From an uncultured Verrucomicrobiae bacterium (GTDB lineage Bacteria > Verrucomicrobiota > Verrucomicrobiia > Chthoniobacterales > Chthoniobacteraceae): a stretch of 64,000 bases of DNA. This document shows, in pieces, positions 60,303-64,000 of this stretch; the stretch's first letter is position 1, and each line of letters begins with the position of its first letter. Where the stretch lies: contig CAWHEP010000010.1 in NCBI GenBank assembly GCA_963828525.1, positions 256,001 to 320,000 of the forward strand. Direction: 5' to 3'. The notes beneath the pieces are model-generated. The model saw only the letters and a program-made list of their open reading frames with translations. It did no database searches and had not been told where the DNA came from. The position numbers and the translations under genes are program-made.

Positions 60303-61136
60303 ATGCGCGCCTCTGAGATAGAATCGCCCATTGCCTATCTCGGACCTGAGGGGAGTTTTGCGCATCATGTTGCGATCCAAAGATTTGGCAACGCTGGGCT
60401 GCGCCCTTTTCGCACCATTCCGGAGGTTTTTTCCTTTTTAGCGGGTGAGGGCCGGGGCCGGGGCGTGGTGCCTATTGAGAACTCGTCCGGAGGCACGATC
60501 ATGCCCACTGTGGATGGACTGATCGATAACGCCCTGTTCGTGCAAGAGGAGCTCTCCCTGGATGTGAAGCTCGCGCTGGTAGGGCGGGAGGGGACGCCGG
60601 TGAAGGTGATCTACTCCCATTTCGCGCCGCTGCAGCATTGCGAAAGATGGCTGAACGCCCACTACCCGGGGGCGAGGCACGTCGCCACGCCGAGCACTTC
60701 CGGCGCGGCGCAGCTCGCCGCGAGAGAGGACGGGGCGGCGGCGATTGGGCCTGTGGAGAACGCGGATGCCCATGGCCTGGATGTTCTGTACTACCCGATC
60801 GAGAGTCATATTCCGAACGTCACGCAGTTTTTTGTGATCGGTCATGCGGGGGTCGTCTCGGAGACCAGCGTGAAGACCAGCCTGGTCGTGGCTTTGGCGG
60901 ACAGACCTGGAAGTCTTTGCCTGTTTCTTGAACCATTCAAGAATCATGGCGTCAGCCTGAAGCGCATCCAGTCGCGTCCGATCGTTGGACAACCGAACAC
61001 GTATAAATTTTTTGTCGAAATCGAAGGCAAAGAGCAGGACGAACAGGTGAAGGAGGCGCTGAAAGGCGCGCTGGCTGTTGCAGACAGCATCAAGAGCCTG
61101 GGTTCGTATCCGGTGAGAGGCCGTTACCAGTGCTGA
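60303..61136 (+). CDS. pheA: Monofunctional prephenate dehydratase with ACT domain
   Basis: AYLGPEGSF, VPIENS, NVTQFFVI, DRPGSL, IQSRP, LGSYP. Confidence 0.9.
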   Translation: MRASEIESPIAYLGPEGSFAHHVAIQRFGNAGLRPFRTIPEVFSFLAGEGRGRGVVPIENSSGGTIMPTVDGLIDNALFVQEELSLDVKLALVGREGTPVKVIYSHFAPLQHCERWLNAHYPGARHVATPSTSGAAQLAAREDGAAAIGPVENADAHGLDVLYYPIESHIPNVTQFFVIGHAGVVSETSVKTSLVVALADRPGSLCLFLEPFKNHGVSLKRIQSRPIVGQPNTYKFFVEIEGKEQDEQVKEALKGALAVADSIKSLGSYPVRGRYQC

Positions 61137-61226
61137 CGGCCCGCTTCGAAGCGCTTTTCCGCGCGTGAGCGTCTTGCTCGCCAGATTTGTGGAAACTTTC
61201 GCCCGGTTGCGGGTTTTACCACATAG

Positions 61227-62690
61227 ATGCTGACCCCATTTAACTCCTCGCAGTGGAATTTCCAGACGGCGGCGCACCTCTTGAACCGAGCCGGATTCGG
61301 AGGAAGCCCGGAAGAGATAGAAGCCCTGCAGAAGCTTGGGTTTCGCGGAGCCGTTGACTCCATTTTAAACGCGCCCGACGATTCGGCTGCCTTTCCGAGG
61401 CCCGCGTGGGCTGTGCCGACGAACATGATCGCAATGCGAGCGTCGATGGTGATGTTGACGGATGAGCAGCGGAAGGAACGGCAGAAGGAAACGCGGAAGA
61501 TGCAGGTCGGGGATTTCAAGGATCTGGTTCCGTGGTGGCTGGAGCGGATGCAGAAAACATCCAACCCGCTGCGCGAGAAACTGACCCTCTTCTGGCACGG
61601 GCATTTCGCGACAAGCTTCGTCAAGGTGCGGTCGTGTTACCTGATGTGGCTGCAGAACGAAACACTGCGGCGGCAGGCGCTGGGGAACTTCAACCACATG
61701 GTGAAGGATATGTCCCGGGATCCGGCAATGCTGGTATGGCTGGATGGGGCGCAGAACAGGCGCGAGCACCCCAACGAAAACTTCGCGAGGGAGTTAATGG
61801 AATTGTTCACCCTGGGGATCGGCAACTATACGGAGCAGGATATCCAGCAATCCGCCCGGGCCTTCACGGGATACAGGATCAACCCGCAAGATCAGACATT
61901 CCGCTTCGCGCCCTTCCAGCATGACGACGGTGAAAAGACATTCTTCGGGAAGACAGGCCGCTTTGGAGGCGATGACATCATCAACCTGATCCTGGATAAG
62001 CCGGTGTGCGCGACTTACATCACAAAGAAGATCTGGGAGTTTTTCGCGGACGATGACGCGCCACCGGGGGTGATCGATTCGCTCGCGTTTAATTTCCGGG
62101 CCAGTGGCTATGAAATACGGCCTCTGATGCGGGAGATCTTTGAGAGCGCAGTGTTCTACTCGCCCGGTGTGGTGAGAGCGCAGATCAAAAGCCCTGTGCA
62201 GTGGATGGTGCAGACGTCGAAGGAACTGGAAACGGATGTGCCGAACACCGCCGCGACCATAAACGTGCTGCGGCAGATGGGACAGGTGCCCTTTATGCCC
62301 CCGAGTGTGAAGGGATGGGACGGAGGCAAGTCGTGGATCACGACATCCACCTTGCTGCTGCGATATAATCTTTCGAACTACGCGCTTGGAGTTGGGCCGA
62401 TGGCAATGCAGCGGTTCCGAGTGAAGGAGAATAACACGCAGAAGCCGCCGGTGCAGATGCCGCCTCCGCCGCCGGTGGACGTGGCGAAGATCGCTCCGGC
62501 AGAGATGCGCAGCCAGCCGGAGAAGCTTATTGCCTCCCTGGCGCGGCGACTGTTCCAGAGCCCGCTCGATACCCGGCAGACCGATACATTCGTCCAATTT
62601 CTGAACTCGAAAAAGCCTGATACGAGCGACCAAACGGTGCGCGAGCTGCTCCATCTCATGATGAGCACGCCTCAATTCCAGCTCACCTGA
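61227..62690 (+). CDS. Compact DUF1800-family protein (no signal peptide evident)
   Basis: AAHLLNRAGFG, LREKLTLFWHGHFATS, PNENFARELMELFTLG, PPSVKGW, STPQFQL. Confidence 0.92.
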   Translation: MLTPFNSSQWNFQTAAHLLNRAGFGGSPEEIEALQKLGFRGAVDSILNAPDDSAAFPRPAWAVPTNMIAMRASMVMLTDEQRKERQKETRKMQVGDFKDLVPWWLERMQKTSNPLREKLTLFWHGHFATSFVKVRSCYLMWLQNETLRRQALGNFNHMVKDMSRDPAMLVWLDGAQNRREHPNENFARELMELFTLGIGNYTEQDIQQSARAFTGYRINPQDQTFRFAPFQHDDGEKTFFGKTGRFGGDDIINLILDKPVCATYITKKIWEFFADDDAPPGVIDSLAFNFRASGYEIRPLMREIFESAVFYSPGVVRAQIKSPVQWMVQTSKELETDVPNTAATINVLRQMGQVPFMPPSVKGWDGGKSWITTSTLLLRYNLSNYALGVGPMAMQRFRVKENNTQKPPVQMPPPPPVDVAKIAPAEMRSQPEKLIASLARRLFQSPLDTRQTDTFVQFLNSKKPDTSDQTVRELLHLMMSTPQFQLT

Positions 62691-62713
62691 CCCCAAAAGA
62701 AAGCAGAACATCC

Positions 62714-64000
62714 ATGGAAACACCCGAACCCTTCACGAACACGCTCCACACGCGGCGCGAGTTTCTACGGACATCGATGCTGGGAGCGGCCGCGGCATGG
62801 ACGCTGCCTGTTTTTCTGCAGAAGACGTTTTCGACGCTGGACGCGATGGCTGCGGATTCGCCAATCCAGACCCCAACAGGGAAGGACGGAACGATCCTGG
62901 TTGTCCTCCAGCTTGCGGGAGGAAACGATGGGCTGAATACGGTTATCCCTTACGCGGATGACGCGTATTACCGCGCGCGGCCGGTCATCGGCATAAAGAA
63001 AGAGCGCGTGCTGCGCATTAACGATTACATGGGTCTGCACCCGAACATGACGGGGATGAAGTCCCTTTACGACGAAGGCCACATGTCTCTCCTGCAAGGC
63101 GTAGGGTATCCTAATCCGAATCGGTCTCATTTTCGCGCCACGGAGATCTGGCAGACAGCATCGGACGCCGATCGTAATGAGACTTACGGCTGGCTGGGCC
63201 GGTATTTCGACAGTTGCTGCCAAGGCGCCGACCCGACGGTAGGAGTGAGCATCGGGAATTCCGTGCCGCAGTCGTTTAACTCCGCGCATCCCACGGGCGT
63301 GTCGTTCGCTCAACCGGAGCAATACCGTTGGATCAACCCGCAACACGGAAAGGACGGAACGGCGTCCGAAGAAGCGGCGTTTAAAGAGCTTAACCAGCCG
63401 GAGATGGCTTCCTCCGCGGACGAGTTGAACTCTGGCGGGTCGATAGGAATGATCGGCGGGCCACGTCAAAAAACGGGTGGCAGCACGCTGGATTTCCTGC
63501 AGCGCACCGCTCTGGACGCGCAACTCAGCTCCGACAAGGTCTTGGAAATTGCGCGGAAGTATCGTTCCACGATCGAATACCCGAAGAATCCGCTGGGAGG
63601 AAGCCTGAGCCTTGTGGCGCGGATGATCGCGGGGGGTCTGGCAACGCGGGTCTACTACGTGAGCCTTGGAGGATTCGATACGCATAGCAACCAAGTGGGC
63701 ACGCAAGATCGGTTGCTTGGCTACATGAGCGATTCGATCTCCGCCTTCTGCAAAGACATGCAGGCTCAGGGAAACTTCCAGCGAGTGATGCTGATGACGT
63801 TCAGCGAGTTTGGACGGCGAGTCACGCAGAATGCCAGCGGTGGAACTGATCACGGCGCGGCAGCTCCGATGTTCGTGGTGGGCGGGGGAGTAAAGGCTGG
63901 AGCGTTTGGGCGCTACCCGAGCCTCACCTCGCTGAATCAGGGCGACCTGATTTATAACGTGGATTTCCGGAGTGTCTACGCGACCATTCTGGAGCGCTGG
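62714..64000 (+). CDS. Tat-exported DUF1501-family protein, runs off window end
   Basis: METPEPFTNTLHTRREFLR; LVVLQLAGGNDGLNTVIPY, NRSHF, GGFDTH, FSEFGRR, GTDHG, DFRSVYAT (translated by hand; absent from the ORF track because it has no stop in the window). Confidence 0.9.
   Translation, partial: METPEPFTNTLHTRREFLRTSMLGAAAAWTLPVFLQKTFSTLDAMAADSPIQTPTGKDGTILVVLQLAGGNDGLNTVIPYADDAYYRARPVIGIKKERVLRINDYMGLHPNMTGMKSLYDEGHMSLLQGVGYPNPNRSHFRATEIWQTASDADRNETYGWLGRYFDSCCQGADPTVGVSIGNSVPQSFNSAHPTGVSFAQPEQYRWINPQHGKDGTASEEAAFKELNQPEMASSADELNSGGSIGMIGGPRQKTGGSTLDFLQRTALDAQLSSDKVLEIARKYRSTIEYPKNPLGGSLSLVARMIAGGLATRVYYVSLGGFDTHSNQVGTQDRLLGYMSDSISAFCKDMQAQGNFQRVMLMTFSEFGRRVTQNASGGTDHGAAAPMFVVGGGVKAGAFGRYPSLTSLNQGDLIYNVDFRSVYATILERW

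Noticed and set aside
62765..63853. 362 aa minus-strand ORF and many other long antisense ORFs (e.g. 8326..9234, 12102..13037, 23627..24553)
   Set aside because: Shadow ORFs opposite well-supported genes, expected in high-GC DNA
1..64000. tRNA, rRNA, riboswitch, prophage or integrase
   Set aside because: Intergenic regions inspected by eye showed no recognisable signatures; a tRNAscan/Rfam run would be needed to exclude them formally

Overview
A 64 kb, GC-rich, gene-dense bacterial chromosomal segment. Gene content suggests Verrucomicrobiota, probably Chthoniobacterales-like (inference): long-form IspG, DUF1080 paralogues, DUF1800/DUF1501 pairs, PA14-rich secreted proteins and a prenyltransferase-repeat/TlpA cluster. 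The right third is mostly housekeeping: tolQRAB-pal, dus, tldD/tldE, cdsA-dxr-rseP-ispG-pheA and a second DUF1800/DUF1501 pair. The left two-thirds encode mostly uncharacterised envelope or secreted proteins. Main structural observations: (i) a minus-strand exported-protein cluster of two tandem LTxxQ-repeat paralogues, a squalene-cyclase-like barrel and a giant TlpA thioredoxin with a secretin-N-domain-like insert, with a DUF4175-like gene upstream; (ii) a giant PA14/CHRD-DUF1800 + Tat-DUF1501 + GspG-like triad; (iii) a tandem duplication at a 4200 bp offset that puts two different cargo alleles of a gspG-like..wecB cassette side by side; (iv) a 270 bp MITE with a CTAG target duplication inside the tol-pal operon. 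About a dozen single-base frameshifts, including one in rseP, look like long-read consensus errors rather than true pseudogenes. I recognised no rRNA, tRNA, CRISPR array or transposase. All family assignments come from motif recognition by eye; no database search was run.
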